64,000 nucleotides of DNA, from positions 32,001 through 96,000 of IMG/VR virus record IMGVR_UViG_3300023179_000016; one strand, given 5' to 3'. The notes beneath the pieces were generated by a model. It was given only the letters and a program-made list of their open reading frames with translations. It made no database searches and had not been told where the DNA came from. Source of the DNA: a virus. Positions 26,546 through 34,489 of the stretch are shown one piece after another. The number at the start of each line of letters is the position of its first letter. Position 1 is the first letter of the stretch. A program made the translations under genes and the position numbers.

Positions 26546-26737
26546 GATAATGGGATGTCGTGTAAGTCGCTGATACTATTGGTGGGGAAGGTTGGTGTGG
26601 AAGGGGTGTAACGGTGCCCACCTGAGTCACACTGAGTCTGACCCGACCTGCACGTCGCACTCACCGAGACTCCCCGATACCCGTCCAGACAGCCGATCGG
26701 GCTCGTGAGGTCATAGGCTCGGCTGCACCCGACAGCC

Positions 26738-26751
26738 GGCGTAGCAGTGTC
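26738..26751 (-). repeat. GACACTGCTACGCC box
   Basis: exact copy. Confidence 0.8.
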
Positions 26752-27322
26752 GGCGCGCGCTGAAAAGCAGTGGGTAGGGCAAGCAGCCGCTATTATATAG
26801 CCCGGCCAGGGCCATGTGCTGCCAGATCCCTACCCACGGACGCTTGTTGATCCCTTACTGCCTGAGTCTAGCCGTCGTCAGACAGGTCACCAACCTGTTA
26901 CGACCTCTAGATCGTTTCGGCCTTGGAAAGACTCACGTATCCGGGTACGGTTTTGAGAGCCACCCATCATACATATTCAGCAGGAGACAGAACCGTACAA
27001 GATTCTCCTACCGGTTAGACAATACATCCCGGTACTTCCGTCTAACAAGAGTACCGGATTTACCCCTCACTTTACCCGGACTAGGGACCGGTCACCGATA
27101 AGTGTCCTGGCTAGGACCACCGGTGAGTGGAAAACTGACTTACTTTCTGAGGCAGATGATCGGGAGCAGCGCGCGTGTTTCTGCGCCGAGAAGAAAAGCT
27201 ACGAGCGCATGACAGAAAAGCGTCTAATCCTACCAAGGCGGGCGCCGGGAATTGACCCGCCCACCCAGCGACCGCCCGATAAACCGCTGTTTTTTGAGCC
27301 TAGCTAACCTCCGGGGCGTGGC

Positions 27323-27592
27323 TCATTTCCCCTCCAGCGCGGCGCGGGCAATACTTGGCAATGCACAATCACAGGACTTCCCAAATTGAATGTCGCACCG
27401 TTCATGGTGAATGGTCAGATATTGCTTCAGCGCCTCCCGAAGCCTGGCGTTTTCAGCGCTGACTTCCTCGATTGCGACACGATACCCAGCCAAAAACACT
27501 TCTATGTCAATGTGCATTACAGATGCGTCTTTCTGATAGGCTGGGAATCGCTGCTTTAGATATTCTTCTGCCAGTTTTTCGGCTCTAGTCAT
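27323..27592 (-). CDS. ENARLREAL...ARAALEGK array protein
   Basis: start MTRAEK via ATGA overlap; HHERC...CDC insert. Confidence 0.75.
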   Translation of the reverse strand: MTRAEKLAEEYLKQRFPAYQKDASVMHIDIEVFLAGYRVAIEEVSAENARLREALKQYLTIHHERCDIQFGKSCDCALPSIARAALEGK

Positions 27593-27792
27593 TTCCCCTC
27601 CAGCGCGGCGCGGGCGATCGATGCGCCACAAAGACAACCAGCGGTATAGTCACAACCTTCATCATGGGCGGCAAATCTTTCCAGCGCCTCCCGAAGCCGG
27701 GCGTTCTCGGCTTCCATTTCGGCTCGTCCGGATTCGTAACCCTGTTGCCATCCTGAGCACGTTCCCTTGCATGGGTGATTCAGCTTGTTCAT
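27589..27792 (-). CDS. ENARLREAL array protein
   Basis: HPCKGTCSGWQQGY head; HDEGC...CLC insert. Confidence 0.78.
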   Translation of the reverse strand: MNKLNHPCKGTCSGWQQGYESGRAEMEAENARLREALERFAAHDEGCDYTAGCLCGASIARAALEGK

Positions 27793-28019
27793 TACTTCCC
27801 CTCCAGCGCGGCGCGGGCTTCAATTACTTCCTGTCTAAGTTCATCCCAAGCCTGACCTAGCTCTTCGTCCAGCAGAAGAGCCTCATCCACTTTATTGGTG
27901 ATCTTGCGAAGCGCCTCCCGAAGCCGGGTGTTTTCGGCTAAGAATCGATTCCTGGCCTCTTCAAATCCCCGCAACCACACCAATTCATCCGGACTTCCCG
28001 CCTCAGGTCTTGTGCTCAT
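27792..28019 (-). CDS. ENARLREAL array protein
   Basis: ENTRLREAL...ARAALEGK with a Cys-free insert. Confidence 0.78.
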   Translation of the reverse strand: MSTRPEAGSPDELVWLRGFEEARNRFLAENTRLREALRKITNKVDEALLLDEELGQAWDELRQEVIEARAALEGK

Positions 28020-28233
28020 TTAGTTTCTCCATAACATTGGCAGGGAGCATCTTTTCGTCTTCTAAAAAGACGTAATCGTACCCATCCGCGTGTTTCATCA
28101 GGTCTTCTTTTAACGAGCGAATGTCGGAGCTTATCCACTGTCCTAGAACCTGACCGTCTTCAGTGACACACACACCAACCACGTCCCAACCCGGGCTGGA
28201 CCCAAAGATCGGAAATCCATAAGCCTTCTTCAT
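28003..28233 (-). CDS. hypothetical protein inside the array (no repeat tail)
   Basis: start MKKAYG with GGAGGG RBS supplied by the upstream repeat. Confidence 0.65.
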   Translation of the reverse strand: MKKAYGFPIFGSSPGWDVVGVCVTEDGQVLGQWISSDIRSLKEDLMKHADGYDYVFLEDEKMLPANVMEKLNEHKT

Positions 28234-28565
28234 GCTTCCCTCCCCTCCAGCGCGGCACGGGCTGCACACTGCAGGCACCCCTGGTCGGAATAGCTGCACC
28301 GCTCATCGTGCCCACGGACCATTTCTTTCAGCGCCTCTCGCAGTCGTGCATTCTCAGACCGAAGCATAATTACCTCGTTAAGCCACTGCGGTGGCTCAAT
28401 AATGAGGTAAGACATACCCGCCCTTGTCCCCGGTGGATCGGACAAATGAATTTGTAAAGGCTCTGATGAGGCCAGTACGCAAGCATGGTCCTGAAGCGTG
28501 TTCAGTGAAACTTCTGCACCGCAGCGGGAGCATTTCCCAATTTTGTCGTTTGTAAAAAGGCTCAT
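28230..28565 (-). CDS. ENARLREAL array protein
   Basis: start MSLFTN; CSRC..HAC head; HDERC...CLQC insert. Confidence 0.75.
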   Translation of the reverse strand: MSLFTNDKIGKCSRCGAEVSLNTLQDHACVLASSEPLQIHLSDPPGTRAGMSYLIIEPPQWLNEVIMLRSENARLREALKEMVRGHDERCSYSDQGCLQCAARAALEGREA

Positions 28566-28804
28566 TTCCCCTCCAGCGCGGCGCGGGCGATATTTCCGAG
28601 CGTGCAATCGCAGAATCGAGCAGCGTCCAGCGGTGGGTTATCCCGCGAGGCGCAATCGTGGAAATGCGTGTAAGCGTACTCCTCCAGCGCCTCCCGAAGC
28701 CGGGCATTTTCAGCTTCAAGCTCTTTCATTTTTGTAGTGACTTCTTGGTTATACCGATCGGCAGAATCCAGCATGTCCTTTGTGAGATCCAATTCATCCT
28801 TCAC
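28562..28804 (-). CDS. ENARLREAL array protein (first gene)
   Basis: AGGAG RBS, GTG start; HFHDC...CDC insert. Confidence 0.78.
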   Translation of the reverse strand: MKDELDLTKDMLDSADRYNQEVTTKMKELEAENARLREALEEYAYTHFHDCASRDNPPLDAARFCDCTLGNIARAALEGK

Positions 28805-28993
28805 ACAAACGCTCCTTTCCGAAACTGGGGACTGGCCGCCTTATCCTTTTCCGGAGAGAGTTATGTGTGACACTACTACTCTTCGATGAAGTTTCACGAT
28901 CTTACGCGGCACCGCAGGCACTTCAAGCCTTCTGGGCCATTATATCACACTGTGCGAGATCTGTGGAGCTCTACGTAGGTGAGACTCATGGTA

Positions 28994-29206
28994 TCAACCC
29001 TTGTCTTTGCCGAGGCTGATGGGCAGCAGAGCCATCATCTCGGCGATGACCTGCTCGTCGGTCATCGGAGTGAGCTCGGGATTGGGCGTGAGCTCGGCTG
29101 GCACGTTCGGCCAGGGATACGAGGTCATCTTGAAGGGCTTGCCGGCCGCGACGCCGTACACGGTCTGTGTCTCTGTCTCAGAGTTGTAGCACGAGAGGTA
29201 TCTCAT
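28994..29206 (-). CDS. hypothetical protein
   Basis: AGGAG RBS; CCGATCCTAAA motif variant at 29225-29235. Confidence 0.65.
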   Translation of the reverse strand: MRYLSCYNSETETQTVYGVAAGKPFKMTSYPWPNVPAELTPNPELTPMTDEQVIAEMMALLPISLGKDKG

Positions 29207-29242
29207 ATCTTTCTCCTGTTGAGATTTAGGATCGGGATGGGT

Positions 29243-29404
29243 TCAGAGGTCCTCGACCAGATACTCGCCCTCGATCTCCAGCTCGACTGCGTAGCCCTGC
29301 TCGAGGTACTTATCTCCCACCTCGAGTGCCTGGTCGTAGGAGTCAAACCTGATGCTGGCGAACCTGGAGCACTGACCGATCTCGCGGACGTGGATGGTGT
29401 ACAT
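29243..29404 (-). CDS. 53-aa protein (not in ORF track), paralogue of 18248..18400
   Basis: MYTIHVREIG...DSYDQALEVG; GGAGG RBS. Confidence 0.65.
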   Translation of the reverse strand: MYTIHVREIGQCSRFASIRFDSYDQALEVGDKYLEQGYAVELEIEGEYLVEDL

Positions 29405-29426
29405 TCATATCCTCCATACATGGAAT

Positions 29427-29516
29427 TATATGATCGGGATCGGGTGGGATTCGGTTATATAGTCGGCGTGGCGGTGTCGGTCGGCGAGCAGCCGGGCGGA
29501 GCTTCCTTGCTCCGCC
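29427..29516 (-). promoter_or_regulatory. regulatory cassette: hairpin + box variant + two CCGA-N3-TATA
   Basis: GGCGGAGC-N6-GCTCCGCC 29495-29516; GACACCGCCACGCC 29465-29478; motifs 29456-29466 and 29427-29437. Confidence 0.8.
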
Positions 29517-29528
29517 TGCTCACTCAGG

Positions 29529-29879
29529 TTACTTGGAGTAGGCGACCACACCGTACAGTAGTCCGTTACCGGAACCATCGACTGGTTCGTCGACCATCTT
29601 GTATCCGAAAAGCTCCATGTTGTAGTTGAGTGCGTCGAGCATGTGGTCGATCCACTCGTTGAGTTCATGAGCATCGTCGGGTTTCAAGCCGTCGTCTGCG
29701 TAGTCATAGTGGACGACTATATCGCCCAACTTTATTGAAGGAAGAACTCCGTAGTTAGAGATGTTGGTCGGATCGATCGCTTCGACATACATGCTGCCAG
29801 GCATGTCACACTTGGCCTGGTGCGGAGCAGTTGACTCGAGATTGCTCACCAGTTTCACTACGGTGTTCATGTTAGCCAT
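29529..29879 (-). CDS. hypothetical protein
   Basis: single ORF between two cassettes, GAGG RBS. Confidence 0.7.
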   Translation of the reverse strand: MANMNTVVKLVSNLESTAPHQAKCDMPGSMYVEAIDPTNISNYGVLPSIKLGDIVVHYDYADDGLKPDDAHELNEWIDHMLDALNYNMELFGYKMVDEPVDGSGNGLLYGVVAYSK

Positions 29880-30006
29880 CAGGCAGACCTCTGGGTTATG
29901 AGTTAATTATTTAACCCATCGACAATTATATATAATGTCGGTAATGAGTTTACGGGTGGCGTAGCAGTGTCAGCGAGCAGCTGGGCGGAGCTTCCTTGCT
30001 CCGCCC
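29876..30006 (-). promoter_or_regulatory. regulatory cassette with duplicated leader
   Basis: hairpin 29983-30006, box 29958-29971, CCGACATTATA 29931-29941, leader hairpin 29898-29919. Confidence 0.82.
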
Positions 30007-30020
30007 AACCGCAGGTCAGC

Positions 30021-30488
30021 TCAGGCCTTGAACTTCGCGGCCAGCTCTGCAGGCAGCTGGCTGAAGTCGATGGCGGGCTTCGCGGGCTTGGCGATCTCGG
30101 CACTCCTGAGGTCGATGAAGTGCTGGATCTCAGCCCTGTCGGCCGGGTCAGTCACCGTGCTGAGCAGGGCCTTGAGAGCCTTGATCTGCGGGTCGCCAGA
30201 GCCAGAGCGAGCACCAGGGTTCTTGGTGACCCAGGTAGTCCCGCCGTTGAGTCGCTGGTCCTTGCGGAGCCAGTTGTTCACGAGGCCGACCACGTACTTC
30301 TTGAGCTCCGGCTCAGAGAAGTTGGCCTTGAGGGTGATCTTACCCTCCTTGAACATGGTGACCAGCTCCGAGTGGATCTGGGCCAGCTCAGACTTGCTGG
30401 GCGTGTGAGCTCCGTTAGGAGCGAACTGAGTGCAGAAGCAGCTGACGACATTGAAGACCGCTTCCTTCTGGTTCATTGCTGCGATCAT
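30021..30488 (-). CDS. QKEAV...NWLRKDxRLNGG family protein
   Basis: GGAGG RBS before MIAAMNQKEAV. Confidence 0.85.
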   Translation of the reverse strand: MIAAMNQKEAVFNVVSCFCTQFAPNGAHTPSKSELAQIHSELVTMFKEGKITLKANFSEPELKKYVVGLVNNWLRKDQRLNGGTTWVTKNPGARSGSGDPQIKALKALLSTVTDPADRAEIQHFIDLRSAEIAKPAKPAIDFSQLPAELAAKFKA

Positions 30489-30570
30489 GCGGGTTTCCTC
30501 CGTTGGTTGGTTGTAGGTTCGGGCGCGAGCTGTAAACTCGAGCATCATGCGCTCGACATTTACAATTAGA

Positions 30571-30656
30571 TATAAGATCGGGGGAAGTCGGTATGCGGCC
30601 GGCGTAGCAGTGTCACGGCGCGCGGACCAAAGGGTGGGGTCGTCCATGACCCCACC
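30571..30656 (-). promoter_or_regulatory. regulatory cassette
   Basis: hairpin GGTGGGGTC/GACCCCACC 30633-30656, box 30601-30614, CCGATCTTATA 30571-30581. Confidence 0.8.
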
Positions 30657-30667
30657 GTATCAGCGAC

Positions 30668-30925
30668 TCAACCGGTCAGCAGGTCGTTCCAGTCGACTGG
30701 TACGTAGCACTCGCCGGTCTCGCGGGCGAACTCGGATGGAGTGGGTTCGCGGCCGACTCGCACGTGCTGGTCGAGCTCCTCGATGTAGACGACCGACGGT
30801 TCGGAGTCAGTGACCTCATAGAAGTACTGATCAGCGTCCGCATCCAGCATCTCCCGCTGGATTCCCTCGTGGGTGACGAGGACGGTATAGTCGGTGCACG
30901 GCACAATAGAGATGAGTTTCACCAT
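30668..30925 (-). CDS. hypothetical acidic protein
   Basis: single ORF between cassettes, GGAGG RBS. Confidence 0.7.
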   Translation of the reverse strand: MVKLISIVPCTDYTVLVTHEGIQREMLDADADQYFYEVTDSEPSVVYIEELDQHVRVGREPTPSEFARETGECYVPVDWNDLLTG

Positions 30926-31071
30926 CAGGCAGACCTCCAGGTTATGAGTTAATTATTTAACTCATCATTCACTTTTATATATAATGTCGGTAATAGGACA
31001 CCAGGCGTAGCAGTGTCGGTGGCTCGAGCTACCGAGCCCGCTGCGGGGCGGAGCTTCCGTGCTCCGCCCCG
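30922..31071 (-). promoter_or_regulatory. regulatory cassette with duplicated leader
   Basis: hairpin 31044-31071, box 31004-31017, CCGACATTATA 30980-30990, palindrome 30944-30965; leader near-identical to 29876-29945. Confidence 0.82.
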
Positions 31072-31084
31072 ACCCGCTCTTCGC

Positions 31085-31522
31085 TCAGCGCTTGCCGAAC
31101 TTGGCTGCGATCTCTGCAGGCAGCTTGCTGAAGTCGACCTTGGGTCGGTTCAGCTCGGCGATCCGAGAGTCGATGTGTCGCTGGATCTCAGCTCGATCCG
31201 TCGGGTCGGTGATGGTGCTGAGCAGAGCCCTGAGCGCAGTCAGCTGGGGATCATCGACTCGGGAGGACTTGGGTTGGTGATCGACCCCACCGTTCAGCCG
31301 CTTGTCCTTTCGGAGCCAGTTGTTGAGCAACCCTGAGACATAGTTGCTCAGCTCCTTGTCGGTGTACTCCTTCCTGAGCTCGATGCTCCCGTTCCTGAAC
31401 CCCTCGAACAAGACCTGACGGATGGTTCGGGTCTGCTCAGAAGTCGGCTCGCAGACGCCGACTCCATCGAACCCGGTGATCGCGACCACTGCCTGGTAGA
31501 CTGCTTCCTTCTGGTTCATCAT
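31085..31522 (-). CDS. QKEAV...NWLRKDxRLNGG family protein
   Basis: GAGGAG RBS before MMNQKEAV. Confidence 0.85.
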   Translation of the reverse strand: MMNQKEAVYQAVVAITGFDGVGVCEPTSEQTRTIRQVLFEGFRNGSIELRKEYTDKELSNYVSGLLNNWLRKDKRLNGGVDHQPKSSRVDDPQLTALRALLSTITDPTDRAEIQRHIDSRIAELNRPKVDFSKLPAEIAAKFGKR

Positions 31523-31660
31523 GCGATGCTCCTCATGATCCATTGTAGGATCAGTTGACACATCCATGCGTCGGGTTGATTGATATGTAATGTCAGTACA
31601 ACATCACACATCAACATGTAAGATCAGTATTTAATTAAATACCAATCATTTACATATAGA

Positions 31661-31671
31661 TATAAGATCGG
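31661..31671 (-). promoter_or_regulatory. CCGA-N3-TATA motif
   Basis: CCGATCTTATA; CTGA-N3-TACA variants near 31586 and 31617. Confidence 0.7.
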
Positions 31672-31695
31672 AAATCGTCGGGAAGAGATCATCCG

Positions 31696-31802
31696 AAAAT
31701 AGGGCCCGCCGACCTCGACTTACAAGGGATCCCTAGAGTCGGGACCGGTACACGCTGCGCGAACGCTCTCTACATGCAACTTTTTATAAAATAGGGCCCG
31801 CC
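31696..31802. repeat. 15-bp direct repeat at the strand-divergence point
   Basis: AAAATAGGGCCCGCC at 31696-31710 and 31788-31802. Confidence 0.75.
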
Positions 31803-31868
31803 ACCCTTGCTCCCTAATAGGTACAATTTAACCGGTACCTCTTTTGCCTATTATATAAAAATAAACTC

Positions 31869-33692
31869 ATGAAGACCTATCATTTTAAGAAAGACAACGA
31901 GATACACTCTAGCATACCGAGAATAAAATTAACCGCTCTGCTTCTTCTCCTGAAGATAACGACGATCAAGGACCTAAACCTAGAACACATATGACACGCG
32001 CACTACAAGCCAGCATCGTACGCCTATTGCTCACCCAAGACGGATATATCACTCCCAGCGACCCATCGGACGAGCCATGCACCCACACCGCAGACCTCTT
32101 GCTCCTGCTATATAAGATGGGCCTAGGGAGACTCCGCGCATGAGGCTCCACGACACCAGGGACCTGCTCAAGGTACTCGAGAAGCTCAATATCGCCTCCG
32201 CCAGCGAAAAGATAATGAGCGAGCTCACCGAGCACATGAAGCTGTGGTTTGGCCATTTTGATCAGGCTCACCCGGGCGCATACGCACCTATAGTCGACAA
32301 AAATGAAGAAAACTGAGTTTGACGAGCATATGTATAGGCGCCTGGCTGGCTTCTTGGGCTGCATGGGCATAGAGATAGACGATTCTATGCTCGACCTGAT
32401 AAGGCGACACCACTGGCTCGACATGCGACAGGCGCGGCGCCCGTTCAAGCGCTACGGCGAGGACGACGATCTAGGCGACGAAGACGGCACCCTGTATCTC
32501 GCCGCAGCCGCGAGCGACGCACGGGACATAAAGCCGTGCGGATGCGAGTGGAATATAGTGAGACGTGTTCTCTATAAGGGGCAATGGTGTGTAGGCTGCT
32601 CGATGCACTTGATAGAGTTGCTAGAGATGCTCGGCGTCATCAGGGGTGAGGGAAGCGTCGAGGCCACCGTCATGTCGGCGCAAAAAGATGAGTGCGGCGC
32701 CTGGTAAGACCGTACACGTCAGGCTCAGATGTGAGGGCGAGGAGTCGCTCGTCAGGTTGTTGAGCCGTCTAGAGGTGATACAATTATTAGCTATGCTGTA
32801 CGAGTACGGCTCTTCGAGAAGCATGTCGAGCCGCGCGTACGATGCAGTGATAATTGTCTCTAGGGGTGACGAGGCAGATGAAAATCGATGACGTGCTTAG
32901 ATATATCATGGCTTTTGCGGAGCAGGACCGGTGGAATACCAGGATGAATGGGTTGCCGCAGGATGCAGTGGTGCGCTTGCTCATGAAGCTGAGAGTTGTG
33001 GATGGGGTGGGGGCCCTAAGAAGCGTTGATGGAGAAAGATGCGGGGCGTGCGGATCAAGCAATAGACAAGAAGACAAGTATGTCGCTTTTATGGAGAGTA
33101 AGTAGAAGATAATCTCTTACTTTGTTTTTGTGAAGTTTATAGTGGATTTTGAGAGATCTAACGACATGCCGGTTACCAAGGATTTTCTATGTCTTATAGA
33201 GAAGCTTGGTATATTAAAATTTAAGCAGCTTTACAGTCTCGAGCACTGGTTTTCTGACATAATGATAATAGAGTATGACTAGCAACAGGCAGTTCAGTGA
33301 CTGGTATCAGCACGCGCAGAGATTGGCCAAGAAGATATCGTTTAGAAGATTCATATATCGATTGTTAAAAGTGTAATGAGCGACACAGAAGATAGCGATA
33401 CGATAAGAGACACTAAAAAATTCTTTGACTACCTGTCTTGCGCGTTCGCCAAGAAGATGGTCCTCATAGAGTTTCTGCGCAGATTGATGAAGATGCCATG
33501 AGCCACGTCAGCGATAACAATCTCATAAGGGTAAGGGAATATCAGGTGAAGCGCAGACTTGTCAGATTCATATACAAGATGATAGATAAGCCCATCGCGA
33601 CTAGCATGATCGATGCCCTTATGGAGTCGTTTAATATAAGTCTAAATGAAAACTACGAACTGATAGTGAAAGATATAGACGACATCAGCTAG
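31869..33692 (+). other. operon of about ten overlapping micro-ORFs
   Basis: 31869-31994, 31991-32143, 32140-32316, 32303-32707, 32688-32891, 32878-33105, 33166-33282, 33275-33376, 33376-33501, 33498-33692; mostly overlapping start/stop regions, several ATGA or TAATG. Confidence 0.6.
32303..32707 (+). CDS. hypothetical protein with Cys pairs
   Basis: PCGC...WCVGC; part of the micro-ORF operon. Confidence 0.6.
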   Translation: MKKTEFDEHMYRRLAGFLGCMGIEIDDSMLDLIRRHHWLDMRQARRPFKRYGEDDDLGDEDGTLYLAAAASDARDIKPCGCEWNIVRRVLYKGQWCVGCSMHLIELLEMLGVIRGEGSVEATVMSAQKDECGAW

Positions 33693-34249
33693 TGGCAATC
33701 TCACTCGCCAGCTTTGTCATATAATCTACCCATAGATCATCTGGGTTTGCATTCTTGATGCCTAGAAATCTCAATAGAGATAACATCGACATTGCCGCAT
33801 CTATCTCTCTATATGTTGAGTTCTTGTTCACGGTGGCCGGCATTTCTGGAATGAGAGAATAGTAGTTTATACATGAAAAATTTAAGCTCTAATGCGTAAT
33901 AGACATTGACCTTGCCATGTCTACTGCCTATATTGAAATTTAATTCTCTGTCAAATATCTTTTCCATGTGTATTCCCTCGCGTGTTGGCAGAGGAAACAT
34001 TCATAAATTTGTGTTAGCCTCTGCGTTCAAAAGCTATCACTTAATTATATCAGTGAACAACACTAGAGTTAAGATGTTGACTTAAATTAATAATTATTTA
34101 AGTTCAATATGGAAATGCGTTTGCAGAAGAGGATGCAACTTCGCCGGATTGGTATTTCTTATATATTTCTTCGCCGACGAGCTTCATCATGAACATGTAT
34201 AGTGAAAATTTTATATTTTCTTCTATATGTCTGTTGAAAAGCAGATTGT

Positions 34250-34489
34250 TTATTTTCGATCCCATTTATATTCTTGTACCTCGACGTCTCCTCCCATCAA
34301 GGTGTGATGCATTAAAACATCTACTGCCATTCTGGATCGCTGCTGTGTGGTTGGAGGGACTGTATTCAAGAATTCAGGTAAGCATATGCCTCTAAACGGA
34401 CACTTTGAACAGCGCTGCGATTCCATGCACTTGCCGTCTAATTCAATTATCTGCTCTAATATTTCTACATCTTCTGAATTAAGAGCCAT
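34250..34489 (-). CDS. small Cys-cluster protein
   Basis: ILEQIIELDGKC-x5-CSKCP-x4-C. Confidence 0.7.
   Translation of the reverse strand: MALNSEDVEILEQIIELDGKCMESQRCSKCPFRGICLPEFLNTVPPTTQQRSRMAVDVLMHHTLMGGDVEVQEYKWDRK

Larger units (their letters stand above)
27323..28714. repeat. two alternating coding repeats (about 22-30 bp), five copies each
   Basis: tcccctccagcgcggc(g/a)cgggc in units starting 27323, 27589, 27792, 28241, 28562; agcgcctcccgaagcc-type near 27428, 27682, 27910, 28329 (diverged), 28685. Confidence 0.9.

Noticed and set aside
27323-28714. CRISPR array
   Set aside because: The repeats are in-frame coding sequence of two alternating types with very unequal spacing, and no cas genes are in the window.
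27323-28804. Diversity-generating retroelement TR/VR
   Set aside because: No reverse transcriptase in the window, and the variable parts are non-homologous rather than adenine-specific variants.
29400-31100. Integron cassette array
   Set aside because: No integrase and no attC-type RYYYAAC/GTTRRRY ends; each gene has its own promoter motif.
24932-31336. Long overlapping plus-strand track ORFs (25280, 28979, 29967, 31013 and others)
   Set aside because: Antisense shadows of GC3-rich minus-strand genes that have RBSs, promoter motifs and paralogues.
24400-33100. GC-rich block as host DNA, prophage junction or chimeric assembly
   Set aside because: It shares the promoter motif, the 14-nt box and two gene families with the AT-rich flanks and contains no recognisable host genes.
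33091-33282. TAG stop recoding (frame stays open after TAG at 33103-33105)
   Set aside because: Long genes are uninterrupted in code 11, several end in TAG just before the next gene (38987, 44907, 49658), and no suppressor tRNA is present.
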